DNA of 64,000 bases from Mizuhopecten yessoensis (lineage: Eukaryota): the NCBI RefSeq assembly GCF_002113885.1, contig NW_018408296.1:8123-72122 (forward strand), read 5' to 3'. Position 1 is the stretch's first letter; every line of letters starts with the position of its first letter. Under the pieces are notes generated by a model, which saw only the letters and a program-made list of their open reading frames with translations, was not told the DNA's origin and ran no database searches. Below, piece by piece: positions 12,101-24,545 of the stretch. The translations under genes and the position numbers were made by a program.

Positions 12101-13959
12101 AAGAACAATTATATTTAAATAAATATATTAAAGGATTTATTTATTTACGTACTGGTGTTGTTGTTTGTTTCTATTGCCTAACACTTACCTCCCCTTGTGG
12201 AACTTGCGACAGAGACAAGGACATGCAGAAAGGGGTTATTGTAACATTTATGTATAATCCATGTATACATAGGGCCGATTTTAACTTGGGCCGATTTAAC
12301 CATAAATCGTATATATACAGTATAGCCTACCAGCGTACTATGGTACTTCCTGATTTACTTTCACACAAGACAAATAGAACCTGTGCCACACACTGTTGAA
12401 AATTTACTAATATCTACCCCTACAATATAAAAGTCTACACTTGTCCGCAGAATATCTATAGGGTATTATTATGATGTCTGCGCCTGTCAAATGTAACCAT
12501 TTTACTTCCGGGTTACTTATTTTGATTAAAAGGGGCATTTCTCGATAAATATGTAAGGGTTATGCCCCTTCTACCACACATTTACTCAAGGGATGCTATG
12601 CAATGGGTCATAGGTTACTGGAAGTGATTGGTCGTCTGCAAATTAACCAATCATCTGTTGTAAGCAGATGCCACCCAAACGGAGAAAACTGTCTCTATCA
12701 GAGAAAAGTGTCATCAAATCTTTGCATGAATAAGGAAGAAACCCAAATCAAATATCTGAAAAAACAGGAAACCCCCTTCCAACAATTTATGGTGTTTTGC
12801 GAAGTATTTGTGAAGAAGGATCGATTGAAAACAGAGAGAGAAGTGGCCGACCCTCCAAGCTCACTGAACGGGATCGATTCTCGTCTATTTTGTGGTATCG
12901 TTAAATCAAACAGAAGGAGATCTCTGGGTGAAATTATTAATATTTTTAATGAGTTAAGACCCAAACCATTTCTAAACATACTGTGCAAAGAAAATTATAT
13001 GAGGAAAATTTAAACAAACGTGTTGTGAAAAAGGAAATCAGAATACTCGAAGCTAATTCTTGACACCGTCGCGTTTGGTGTAAACTTAATAGATACCAAA
13101 CTGTTGATGATTACTGGAAAAACATGATACTGAGTGATGAGTGTAATGTTGAATAGGGCATGGACAACCGTGTTTTGGTATGGCGACAGCCCGGTGAAGA
13201 ACGGACCCCCTGGTGTTTGAACCCAGGAGGTGGACAATGACAGTCTTTGATGATCTGGGGCTGTATAGACTACAAAGGGGTAGGTACTTTAACTGTTGTA
13301 GATGGTAACCTAAATGTTGAAAAAAACATAGACATTGTTTACAACTTTGTGTGGCCTGTTATAGCACGCCATTTTCCAAATAACGACTATGTGTTTCAAG
13401 ATGACAATGCTCCGTTACATCGTGCTCGTGTGGTGAAAAATCTTATTGAGGAAATAGACTCAATGTCATGGAATGGCCAGCCCAGAGTCCAGACTTTAAT
13501 ACAACTGAAAATGATTGGAGAAAAAATAAGATTAAACTTCAGAAACAAGCCCACAACATCACCTCTCGTGTAATTTATAAGGATGCAATGCGCATAATAT
13601 GGACATAAATATCCCAGGAATTCATCCAAAAATTGTACAAATCAATCCCAAAGCGCATAGAAGCAGTAGTCAAAGCCAAGGGATGTATCACAAAGTATTA
13701 GGTAAGTTTAAGTCATGACACTTTCGTAGCAAATGACGTTTAATTTCTGCGGTGTCAAGCTCACAAAAATGGCAGCCATCTTGGATTTATCTTCACCGAG
13801 TTAGCTCATGCAGTAGCTATGGTTATCAAATTGTTTCTGTTATAAGCTATCATTATCAAAATATGTCGATAGCTCTACCTTACCATCATTGTTAGCGTTC
13901 AGGTCAAATCGTTTCCCACATCCTTTGTTGTAGCATTGAACTAATCCGTCTGCTGCCAT
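3008..13959 (-). CDS. CHORDC1: cysteine and histidine-rich domain-containing protein 1 (CHORD-I, CHORD-II, start of CS domain); spliced, 3' end not seen in window
   Basis: Eight GT-AG exons with matching phases: 13959-13884, 10591-10485, 9172-9101, 8087-7922, 7523-7459, 6831-6761, 5817-5715, 3196-3008. Translation: [19 protein letters not shown]...[36 protein letters not shown]...GTSCKRNAC...[36 protein letters not shown]...CRTDWHQT. Confidence 0.95.
3662..5102 (+). mobile_element. non-autonomous Helentron/HINE-type element (pearl/CvA-like) with internal ~146-bp tandem array
   Basis: 5' aacaagaggccc..gggcc..gctcacctgg; internal tandem units (gacccctgtgaccttgaa); short ggac repeat; 3' hairpin gctcacttggcc-attc-gggccaggtgagtt followed by an A tract. 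Confidence 0.8.
5440..5636 (-). mobile_element. tRNA-derived SINE fragment (Deu/Nin-like central domain)
   Basis: Minus strand reads a degenerate tRNA head, then gtgttgtatctttgaacaagatactt and ggcagcaccggctgtatgctccccagggagttgag, resembling conserved SINE core domains. Confidence 0.55.
5715..5817 (-). CDS. CHORDC1: CHORDC1 exon 7
   Basis: [34 protein letters not shown]; phase 2 in, phase 0 out. Confidence 0.92.
6761..6831 (-). CDS. CHORDC1: CHORDC1 exon 6
   Basis: Acceptor ttccag; [24 protein letters not shown]; donor gtatgt. Confidence 0.93.
7459..7523 (-). CDS. CHORDC1: CHORDC1 exon 5
   Basis: Acceptor tttcag; [21 protein letters not shown]; donor gtaagt. Confidence 0.92.
7922..8087 (-). 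CDS. CHORDC1: CHORDC1 exon 4
   Basis: [21 protein letters not shown]...[19 protein letters not shown]. The phase-1 end matches the next exon. Confidence 0.85.
8406..8492. mobile_element. short TTAA-flanked MITE, copy 1
   Basis: Homologous to 9866-9953; ends in aggggcgaatgagttaa. Confidence 0.55.
9101..9172 (-). CDS. CHORDC1: CHORDC1 exon 3
   Basis: Acceptor ttgcag; [24 protein letters not shown]; donor gtagga. Confidence 0.9.
9866..9953. mobile_element. short TTAA-flanked MITE, copy 2
   Basis: ttaactcattcacccct...aggggtgaatgttaa: terminal inverted repeats bounded by TTAA. Confidence 0.65.
10485..10591 (-). CDS. CHORDC1: CHORDC1 exon 2
   Basis: Acceptor ttacag; [35 protein letters not shown]; donor gtatgt. 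Confidence 0.95.
11176..11337. repeat. ~160-bp imperfect palindrome, probably part of a non-autonomous element extending to ~11600
   Basis: gaatcattcacccc...gagattc pairs with gaatct...gggggtgaatgattc; inner stem gttaccaaacac / gtgtttggcaac. Confidence 0.85.
11970..12310. mobile_element. MITE with TIRs and subterminal repeats
   Basis: tggttaaatcagccccaagt at left versus acttgggccgatttaacca at right; repeated aaatcggccc motifs; TA-rich flanks. Confidence 0.7.
12668..13701 (+). mobile_element. Tc1/mariner (DD34E-type) transposase pseudogene in CHORDC1 intron 1
   Basis: [13 protein letters not shown]...[16 protein letters not shown]...MIWGCI...FQDDNAPLH...[11 protein letters not shown]...[19 protein letters not shown], with stops and frameshifts. 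TIRs were not identified. Confidence 0.9.
13884..13959 (-). CDS. CHORDC1: CHORDC1 exon 1
   Basis: ATG at 13959, [25 protein letters not shown], phase-1 donor gtaagg. Confidence 0.93.
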
Positions 13960-13991
13960 GTTTACTCCACATGTAAGCCTAGATATGCACA

Positions 13992-14006
13992 GGAAATTTC
14001 CAGAAA
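13992..14006. promoter_or_regulatory. heat-shock element (nGAAnnTTCnnGAAn) upstream of CHORDC1
   Basis: gGAAatTTCcaGAAa is a perfect three-unit HSE 33 bp upstream of the ATG. CHORDC1 is an Hsp90 co-chaperone known to be heat-inducible. Confidence 0.65.
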
Positions 14007-14709
14007 TTATTTCTGACAACACTAACCGTTTCCGCCTTCAACAAAGGAGAGTTCGGCAATTACGGAAGTACTAGGCCGTGGTATAATTAGGTCTTTCGAG
14101 CTTCTGAACTCGGTACCTTTTTTCCGGAAATAAAGCGTTTAAAAAAAAATCTATAATGAAATAAAGATAAATTATCTCCGAGTCCGACATACAGTCCATT
14201 TCATTCTAGTGACACCTACCTAAGTTAGCCTTCAAACTGGCGACCTTTATGGTACAATAAGTTAAAACAAACAAACTAAAAAGTCTGAATATAATCAAAA
14301 GTTTATAGATGAAGAAGACTTCTACGATAGATATATCTATAATAATCGCATTCAACAAGTTGAAGATAATGTTATTTGAGATCGATGCATAATGAGAGAG
14401 AAGAAAGATAAATAGACAAATATATATATATAAAAATATATAGAGTCTAACTACAGATTTATGCTAGCTTTGTAATGGCTGATTTGAAGGCCGTCAATTT
14501 TTCAAGTTCAGGGATCTCTGGGGGCAGTCAGTTCCAGTCAGATATTGTTCTTGGACATGCATGATGGTACTTGAAAGGAATAAGCATGGGCCTTAATTAT
14601 ATATATATGATTCCGGGTGAGATTTGAAGGAGCAACTAAAATGTCATTGGATATGGCAATTTGAACGACATCATGGCAATGTAAAATAGCAAAACACGAT
14701 CATGATAGC

Positions 14710-15852
14710 ATGAACGACATCATGGAAATGTATGATAGCAAATAACAAGTAGATTCAGTAATTTTAGACTTTAGTAAAGCGTTTGACACGGTACCACACA
14801 GAAAACTGTTACATAAACTCAAAAAGTATGGAATTGAAAGACTTGTTTTAAACTGGATTTCGTCGTTCCTAAAGGATCGTTACCAGAGAGTTATTGTCGA
14901 AGGTGAAGCATCATCCACCTGTAAAGTTGACTCTGGAGTCCCACAGGGTACTGTATTGGGCCCGATACTTTTTTGTGTCATATCAATGATTTACCACCTT
15001 GTGTCACATCACAAGTTCGTATACTCGCGGACGACTGTCTGCTTTATCGCCAAATTGGAAACTATCAAGATCACTTATCACTACAGAAGGATTTGAAATC
15101 ACTTCAAACCGGGGCAGACAATTTGGGAATGAAATTTAACGCAACAAAATGCTTCCTGATGTCAATCCATCGTAGTAAGAAACCACCAGTTTTTAACTAT
15201 ACATTAGATAATCATATACTAAAACAAGTACAAGACAACCCCTACCTCGGTGTACAGATCAGCGAAGATCTCAAATGGTCAACATATATCAACAAAACAT
15301 GTAATCGAGCTAGTAGTATTTTAGGATTTATTCGTTGAAACTTAAGACACAGCCGTAAAGAATTCAAGGAAAAAGCATATGTATCACTAGTAAGTTTGGG
15401 ACCCGCACCCCCAAAAGGATGTAGATAAAATTGAAGCAGTGCAACGTCGTGCCGCTCAGTTTGTGTGTAATGATTATTCGTCGAAAAGTATTGTCAATAA
15501 AATGTCAACCACTTGTTGACCGTCGTAGAGAATCATCCATAACCTGTGGCCGTCCCCGCCGACACCTTATGGGAACCAAATAAATTTCAACGTCATTCAA
15601 ACACAAAATTAGTAAAATTAGTACTCTGTAACACTGATATCTATACATTTTCATTTGTACCGCACACTATCCGGGATTGGAATTTATTACCAGACTCAGT
15701 GGTTAACTGTGAAACGAACGATAGTTTCAAGAGTACCCTAACACTGTTTTGGAAATGAGATGAGGTCTTCAGCGCACACCCCTCCAACCCGCGATAAGCA
15801 GTGCTCAGTAGTGAGTTAATTTCGTGAGAAAATTACAGATACAGATGCAGAT
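14710..15852 (+). mobile_element. 5'-truncated CR1/L2-group LINE (RT fragment, 3' UTR, tacaga tail)
   Basis: LDFSKAFDTVPH, SGVPQGTVLGP, ADDCLLY, YLGV, SFVPHTIRDWNLLP; degraded; short tacagatacagat tail. Confidence 0.9.
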
Positions 15853-18330
15853 TGTGTGCAATCTTAGGGAAGGTACAAAGGCCCATATCCTTACGTCGTC
15901 TTTCTAGAGAGGGCCAGTCCAGCTTGCTCAGCATGTCACCGACACTGGACATATTCCGGTGCCTATTTGTAACATACCGATCAGCTCTACGTTGCACCAT
16001 TTCTATTTGTTGGAAGTCAGTCTTTGTATAAGGGTCCAATACAGTGCATGCATATTCAAAAGATGGTCTGACAAGGGCCTTGTACATTGTATGTATGTTC
16101 TTTGACGTGTGTAGAACCTATTTTTTAGGTTTCTGCGGAGGAAGCCTAAGGTGGAACTAGCCTTCGCACTAACTTTATTTTTATGAGCATCCCATTTTAC
16201 GCTTGATTGGATGTTAAGGCCTTTTTAAGTGTTGACATCATCTACATGTTGGAGCGGAGGTATAATACAATTTGACAGGGTACTTATTTCTAGTGATTGA
16301 CCTTGCATTACACTTGTCAGGATGAAATGACAATTTCCAGTTCCTCTCCCACTGTGCCAGAAGGTCACCTGGCACAGCCTGAACCCTTAATATTTGACTG
16401 CCAGGTAGGCAATGTTGTCATCCGCAAATATGAGGACAGTTGCATCTAGGCCCACCGGCATGTAATTGATATAGAACAGGAATAATGTCGGGCCGATGAC
16501 CGAGCCCTGAGGGACCCCAGGCCTGATGTTACTGACATTAGCATGTTCCATACATTTTCTACATATAGACGTCAAAGAAATTGGTCTATGGTTTTCTGGG
16601 ATAAATTTTGGACCCCTTTTATATATGTTTTAGATATTATGGGCTGTATTCCAGTCAGTTGATTTTAATGACTGTTGAAGGATTAAAGTGCGAATTGGTG
16701 CGATGTCATTAGCCAGTTCCTTCAAGAATTAATGTTTGAGATTGTCAGGACCAGCAGCTTTTTTTGGGATTGAGATTTTCTAATAATTTGTTAACACCCT
16801 CTACTGTAATGGTAAAATCGGGCATAACTTGATGATGTGGTATTGCCGATATGTTGCATCTTTGTTCAAATTGAGTAGCAGTAAGCTTCTCTGATGTAAA
16901 GAAGACAGACTGAAGTTGTCTGTTAAGAACTTGGGCCTTGTTCACAGGGTCATGGACGAGTTTTTCATTTTGTTTCAGTGAAGAGATGCCGTTAAAGTCT
17001 GTTTTTTGTGTTTAATGTAAGACCAGAATTTCTTCATGGTCCCATACTCTGAATCAATCTCCGGAGAAGAGTTAATAACTTCAATGTACTGCCAATATGC
17101 CAGACGCAATAACTTTTGTATAAGATGTTTTAACTCCCTATATTTCGATTTCATATTGCATCTCTTTTGTGCATCAATTTTATTTTCTGATATTAGAGGT
17201 TACCCATGGTTGACAAGGTTTGGGTTTGAATGGAATTAGTCAGACCCAATCTAAATATTTAGACCAACAACTAAACGACTCAGTACAGGTTAAATTTCAC
17301 AATGATTTTAATGGTGTACCTTTTTCAGATCACTATCAACTATAGTATTTACATCCTGGTCAGGGTTTATTTGGATTGAACTTAATATGACTGACAAGTC
17401 TGATCTCATGCTGTCACAGTTGGCTTTTTTTTATAGATGGGGTTATTTCGTGGTCTAAAAGGGGCTCTTTTGGGTGCAATTTCAAATCCAACAAATGATT
17501 TGTCGTGATCAGAAATACCAGGGACGACTTCAGTTCGGAAAATTTGACTAAGGAAATTGGTGATAATGAGATCAAGGGTATTCTCATGCCAAGTTGGTTA
17601 ATCTATGATCTGTACGAGACCAGTATCATCTAGCAAGTTGGAAAAGTTGTAATTATTTTGGACATGGTTGGTTTTGGGTATGATTATCTTTCGCTCCCAG
17701 TCCCAGTCTGGTAGATTGAAATCTCCTCCAATAAGGAGTGCCGCACCATTCAGGGCGGTTGCTCTTTTCAAGGATGTATGGAGCCTTGCAAAGCTGATTT
17801 CATTGGATGTTTTTGGGTTGTAGTAAGAGCATATGTATAATGTTTTCTTGTCCACGATTTTAATGTTTACTCACATGATTTTTGTGGTACAATGTATTAT
17901 CATCAGGTAGTAACTCAGGAACCTCATCACTGATGTAATCCCTTTTTATCGTTATGAGGACTCCTCCCCCATCCTTGTCATACGTCTGTTTTTTACTGTC
18001 ATTACGACACACTTTGAAAGTATCTTGGAATAGTTCTAAACTGTGAATGTTTGGGTTTAACCACGTTTCAGTGCCAAAGATGATAACTGGTTTGGTACTT
18101 TCGAGGAGATTGTGTAGGTGTTGTTGTTTGTTTTTAACAGACTGAAATTTGATGTTGGGTATTCTCAGGGGATTGGTCTTTCTTTTAGTATGCCTCTTGT
18201 TAATCCTAACTGGAGTTGATTAATTTACGCTTGCATGAGTAATATCAAGGTCTGAGTGAAGGCTATCAAACCTATTTAATGTAGTAACACCATGCAGCTC
18301 AAAGGAGTGTTTTAAATAGATGGGTGTCCC
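15853..18330 (-). mobile_element. degraded CR1/L2-group LINE ORF2 (APE endonuclease + RT)
   Basis: GGDFNLPDWDW, GVPQGSVIGPTLF, IFADD, YKALVRP.FEYA, MVQRRA.RYV; internal deletions. Confidence 0.9.
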
Positions 18331-18339
18331 CCTCCCCCC

Positions 18340-19254
18340 TTTTTTGGACAGACGGGGCGGGGTCCAATAGGGGCAAATCAGGTAAATCTCTAAAATCATT
18401 CTTAGTCTATACCATTGGAGGGATTTTAACCAAATTTGGTCCGGAGCACCATTTAACGGGGGTCGTGGCCTCCCTAGGAGCAGAGGGGCGGACCCCAATA
18501 GGGAGAACATGGTAATGAATGTTGAACATCCTTCTTAAGAGCATCATTAGGCTAAGGGGACTAAATTTTGTTGAAATAGAGGATGTGGCAACATTTTGGC
18601 GGAGGGGCGGGGCCCTTTAAGGAGAACATAGTAAAACATGTTAAAGATCCTTCTCCTTAGTTCGATTCGAGGGATTGAATACATTTTTTTTGTGAATAGC
18701 ATCCTTCGGCAAAGGGGACTCAATTTTGCATAAACCTTGGTCGTTGTTCATCTTGTAGCAGAGGGTCGGGGCCTTATAAGGAGAACATAATAATAAATGT
18801 TGTAAATCCTTCTTTTTAGATTGGAGGGATAAAACAAATTTTGTGTAGAGCATCAATCGGGAATAGGGACTTAATTGTGTTTCAACGGAGAGTGTGTCCC
18901 CGCCCTAGGGGCAGAGGGACGGGGCCCTATAAGGAGAACATAGTAATATTGTTTTTAATCCTTTATTTCGATTGGAGGGATTTTAAATACATTTTGTGTA
19001 AAGCATCCTGTGGCAAAGGGAACTCATTTTGGTAAAAATTGAGGGTTGATCATCGGCGACAGAGGGGCAGGGCCTAATGGGTAAATTTTCACAATCCACC
19101 CAAATTTATGAGGGCAGAAAGAAGGGATCCAATGAGTGGCTGATGTTGCTGAGAGACAGAGCTAATATTTGGAAATAGTTTTATATTTAATGACACTATT
19201 TTCCAATGGTTGCTTAATTATCCAGGTGAGCGATACAGGCCCTCTGTGCCTGTT
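18340..19254 (-). mobile_element. truncated Helentron/HINE-type element with ~150-bp tandem units
   Basis: The terminus ccaggtgagcgatacaggccctctgtgcctgtt is the reverse complement of the family 5' end; degenerate units contain ggggcggggccc..taaggagaacata. Confidence 0.7.
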
Positions 19255-19549
19255 GTTTGTGTTTGTAACGTCAATGGAACTATATTGACGACACATTTCT
19301 TGGAATTCTTAGTTTTAGGGTTTGATTCAAACGATAGACCCTCGGTTAATTCAAACAGAATAAAGACGAAAAAGTCGATAACCCGAAAAATGTAAAATGA
19401 CACCATTATCAAAATCACTGCGAATATTGTTAGCACTATCGCACTATAAGTATTTTTTTCATATCATAAATCTACATTTTAGTCTGCCACATAAATATAA
19501 TTATTTTGTTCGGACATGTTTATCCTTAAACATGAGCATATTTATAAAG

Positions 19550-21129
19550 GTACACATTGGGTGTTCAAAATGGCCAGAATGATACAAACCAAGACCCTCA
19601 ATACTACGGAACACCAGAGATGCTCGACTATCGGGATGTTGAAGTATTCAATAGAATGAAAACACCAAGAATGATCCATACCCATATGACCTATCCATTT
19701 ATACCTAAAGCGGCAGCAACTGGACAAATGAAAATCATATACGTATTGCGGAATCCAAAAGACGTTGCTTGTTCATACCACACACATGTGTAAACCTGAA
19801 AACGATGAATATAAGGGCAGCTTCTATGGAATTTTGCAGTACTTTTTGAGTGAAGAATGTAAATATTATTTCATTTACGATACAAGTGAGGTTTTTTTGG
19901 GTGTATAAAACGACGAAGTAAATATTCTTTTATCAATGTTGGTACTTTTAACATTCTGTTTCTCACTCTGAAGCTTATACAAGCGTAAAACAGTGTTTCA
20001 TTTATTCTATTTAAAGGGGTTATGTTTGCTAATTGTAGTATCATCATTAAATTGAGTACCTGATAAAAAAGACTATTCGGTTAATATACATTGTATATGA
20101 AAATGGATATTTCGATTCACCCTTGCCAGAACATGAATGCATTACTTTTGTGTCATAGACATGATGATACATTTTGTTGTAGTAAACTACCCTACCAGTT
20201 TCTCGTGTCACTCTGTACCGGAGTCATAGGAGCTGTGGATCGTGGTTTACACACACGAGGGAATGGAACACTGCGATGGTGACGAACCCAGATCTAAAGA
20301 TATTGGTGATCTGAAAAAGGTACACCATTAAAATCATTGTGTAATTTAACCTGGACTGAGTCGTTTAGTTGTTGGTTTAAATATAGTGATTTATGCAATG
20401 TGAAGTGAAACAACAGGGAATGATACTCATATTCATGGAAAGATATCATGATTTCACACTTTAAACCTAAGGCAAAAACAAGTGTTTTGGATTGGTAAGC
20501 GTTACCAGAAACACAAGTACGTGGGTCAATCATCCTGATGCTTCATATCGAATGATTAAATATCATTAACGATCTAAGGTACCGTATCGTAGGTATTAAA
20601 ATTTTAATGATTGAAATCGGGGGAGGAGTTACAGATCTATACCAAATATCTTAAAGTAGCAAGGGCGTAAAACATGTCGCAACCAGTAATCATAAAGCAT
20701 ATTCTAAGCATAACTATTGAGTAGTGGATGATAAAGGCCTTACCTAGCTTACTCTTCCCATCTACCCCATCCCCAGCCCCATCCCTACCCTCACCCCACC
20801 CTCACCCCACCCCACCATACATGCTGCATGCATACATGAGCAGGTTTAATCGTTACAAAATATACTATTTGTTTTATTGGTATAAACCCTCCAAAAATAG
20901 TAGTTTACTATTATTAGAACATGTATAATAAGATCATTTTGAGAATAACATACCTTGTCAAAACCTGTAAGAGAATATCGTGGGAATAGCAGACTTTCTG
21001 AACGTCGATCACGAGGAAAGTCTTTTGAAGAAATTGGAAGTCGCTGTAGCGTTTAAAAACATGAGGAAACAGCATGCAACATATCGGTTAACGTCAACTG
21101 TGGAAGCACAAACGAGATAAACAGGAAAG
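19550..21129 (+). pseudogene. cytosolic sulfotransferase (SULT1-like) pseudogene, three exon remnants
   Basis: Exon 19550-19858: GTHW (5'-PAPS-binding motif), PRMIHTH, KIIYVLRNPKDVACSY. Exon to 20319: SWFTHTREWN...DLKK|gt. Exon ~20944-21129: IADFLNVD..FKNMRK. Frameshifts and stops are present. Confidence 0.8.
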
Positions 21130-24100
21130 GTAAGTAAGGAAGCATATTGTAGTAACCTATTATAGCAATATGTTTTAATTTTGTGGCGATGTAATGCAAT
21201 CTAGTGACCTGTTATACACACCCTGTTACGATGTTGTTTGGCCAACTGCAATAATATCAATACTATTCACTGAATTTAAAGGTTATTTGCAAACTGATAT
21301 ACTGAAAAACTTTAAATTAATAGAAGTTTTTGTTTTCATTCATGTCTATATCTTATGTAGCTCAGCTCATTGTAGCCTTATTTAGTATTTAGCTAATATA
21401 TGTATATTGTGATTAAAATAAGTATTTCATTGAATTTTCCCACGTCACTTTATATACGTCGTTCTTGTGTTGTGACTTTTTTAATGTTTAATTTATGCTT
21501 TAAAACTCGAATAGACTTTGCAAGATGCAGATTCAAATTGAGAAGCCGAATGCACTACAGATTAAATCGAAGGCAGTTCAATTGAAAGTGTGTGAAGGTT
21601 TAAATAATGAAAATATTTGAAATTCATTAAAAGTTACTTCATCAACTCCTTCAGTATAAATCTATGATCCATTTGCTACTTCCGTTTAAAGGTGAAAAAT
21701 GAGAGAGGGAAACAATAAGGAGATTATTGAAACTGCGTACATGTAACCTTCAATGACTCCGTCATCATTACCCGAAATGGAATCCGTGTTATTTATATGA
21801 CCTTCTAGAAGTCGTCTGGTTTCATGTCAGTGTCTTCCCGTATGTCAGTTACTTGTACTGTCAGCTGTATTCCTTACGTACGTGTGATTTCACATTTCCC
21901 AGTAAAATCTCGATATTGGGGATTGTCATATAATCGTTACGCACGTGTACTATTGTTTATTAGTTGTTACTATAATTTGCACTACGGTATTGAAAATGCC
22001 CTATACGCTTTACGGAAATGACGACACGCTGTTCATGCACATTTCGATCGAGATGATTGAGTCCGAGTTTTACTTTCTCCGGAAGTACGTCACGAAAATG
22101 AACACTGATGACGATATGTGGAGCCCCCTTAAGGCTTTTAAGACTCTTGACATCGAGGTACTTGGAGAATGTTATATTTAGGCTTGTTCATTTCTAACGG
22201 CGGAGATGTTTGACATTTTAATGAATTTATCGTCTCTTCCATTTACAATGGGCGTGGTTGAATTTGAAAAGTCATATGGTTCTGGTAAGGTTTGTGTTTT
22301 ATATGAAAGGCTTTTGATACTTCGTTGTTTGCTCTATTTGAAACACTGGAAATGTAAGGCTGGATTACCAATTTGTTTAATATTTTTGGTATTTTCCATT
22401 TCAATGTAACTGAGCACGAACAAGATCATATCACATCGACACACTCCCATTCTCTTATCACCAAACGGTGGAACACGAGTCGCCATATTGCGTTATCCTA
22501 TACTTATTATCTATGTTAACGTATTCGACTTTTACTAGCTAAAGCCATCGTGACAAATAAAAACACTGGGACCAGACGCTGTTTGCCTATCAACACTGTT
22601 TTACAGAGTTCAAATGTCCCATACTGTATGCTAATTGTGGTCATTGTGTTCACACCTTTTTTCTGTTTTATAAGTTGGAATATGTTCCATATAATATCAA
22701 TGTATTTGACTAAACCCCAGTTAAACACACGACCCATTAATTATTTGAAATCCTTCACTGGGTATTTTCCATTGGAAAACATTACTAAAGTTAAATAAAT
22801 TAAAAGAAATATGTTCTGAACTTGAGAATTTTCCTTCACTTCAACAATGCTTTCATATGGGAAATAACTTGATTTAAGGAGCTTTATTCGGCTAGGTAAC
22901 CTTCTTGAATCTGGGACCAACATAGTTTACAGACGTCAGACGTCTAACTGGATAATATATTATTGACATGTGTGACCTATGATTGTGCAATTGACACCTT
23001 AGCTCGAATTTTGTATATGTTTCCCATTAGTTGTAGTTTTAACATGCTTGGCACATATAGAATATATGCCAACATCGAATTTCTTTAACAATTAACGTAA
23101 GCCAACCCCCTCCCCTCCCTGTACACGCAGACACACACAGTTACAGTGTTCCAAAAATGAATTACACTGCAATATACAGCTGTGTCGTCCTTCTTTCATT
23201 AGTTGAGACGTATATTAAGTTGGTGCACGAACTTAAACTTTCTGTTCATCTACAAAGGGCCATTGAACTTTTATACATCCACAAAATGATTAATATAATA
23301 TGTCCACAAGAGCACTCTACATATAAAAGTATCTTTAAAAAGTATATGTAGAATGAGACCAGATGTTCCGGAAGCGTAAACGTCTTTTGCTACATCGACG
23401 ACACCCACCACGTAAACCTAGGTCAAATCCAAGTAATGCCACATATTACATAGCGATACGCTAAAGAGAATTAACCAAAACAAAGTGTAACGGTCTTCGC
23501 CCCTGTCTCAACCCTTTACATAGAGAGCACGACTATTTTAAAGTGACACTTACTGCTTATGACAAGCCCCCAGGAAATTATATGGTATTTTCAAACCAAA
23601 TACCTAATGACTGACTAGATCTAAGTAAACAAGGAAGACCTGGAAAGCATAGGATCAGTTTATGAACACCTTTGCGGTTACCGTTTATTAAGGAACCCAA
23701 TATCAAATTATACAGAGACAGATACAACGATTCTACAGACTCTCTCCTAATTTTCTCACAAATATGATGTACAGTTGTGGGATCGCACAACGTTACAATA
23801 AATGGAGACCTATTTCTGAGCCCTGAATCCCAGAACTATCTGATAAATATAGGGGAAAAAACAAGTCTATTTCCCTACTGTAGTTTTGATTATAACAGAA
23901 ATGAACCTAGTGCCAATTAATATTAGCAGTACTAAAATCTCCCGTCCATCCCCTTATCACAATCCAAAAGTGTAGTAGCCGCCAGCAGCTTACATCTAAC
24001 CTCCCCCTATGAAAGTCAGACGACAACTGATTTTCAAACGACTCAACGAATCCCTACGCCACTGGTTAGACCCAAACATCAACGGGGCAACCCACGAGCT

Positions 24101-24297
24101 CAACTTCCCCAGCGGACTCCGAAGAGGCAAACGGCGCCACACCCGTTGCTCGCAACGTAGTACCCGTTGAACCCAAATAAACACGACGATCTACATTGAC
24201 ACATGTATGAAAATACTTCTCAAATCAACATTAATATATAAATATTTTATATTATTCACATCTACAACTCTTTCGCACCGTTATTCACACAATACAT

Positions 24298-24545
24298 CTC
24301 CAGCACACACACAGGCATATAACACACAGGGAGGTATTAGCCAGGTGGCATAGGACTAGTAGTTAGGGACTGATAAGGCAGCTCCTGCGAATTCCTCAAT
24401 ATTGTATTGATAAATATGTATGCTAAGTGTATTGACTGTATACAATTTTATATCTATGTACTGTAAAGCGCTTTAGAGTGGCTTATGTTAGCTAGATAGG
24501 GCGCTTTATCAAATGTTGCATATTTATTTATTTATTTATTTATTC
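24298..24545 (+). mobile_element. 3' part of a SINE with L2-like tail
   Basis: Close match to 63585-63810; tail tgtaaagcgctttagag...gcgct..atcaaatg followed by (ttat)n. Confidence 0.75.
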
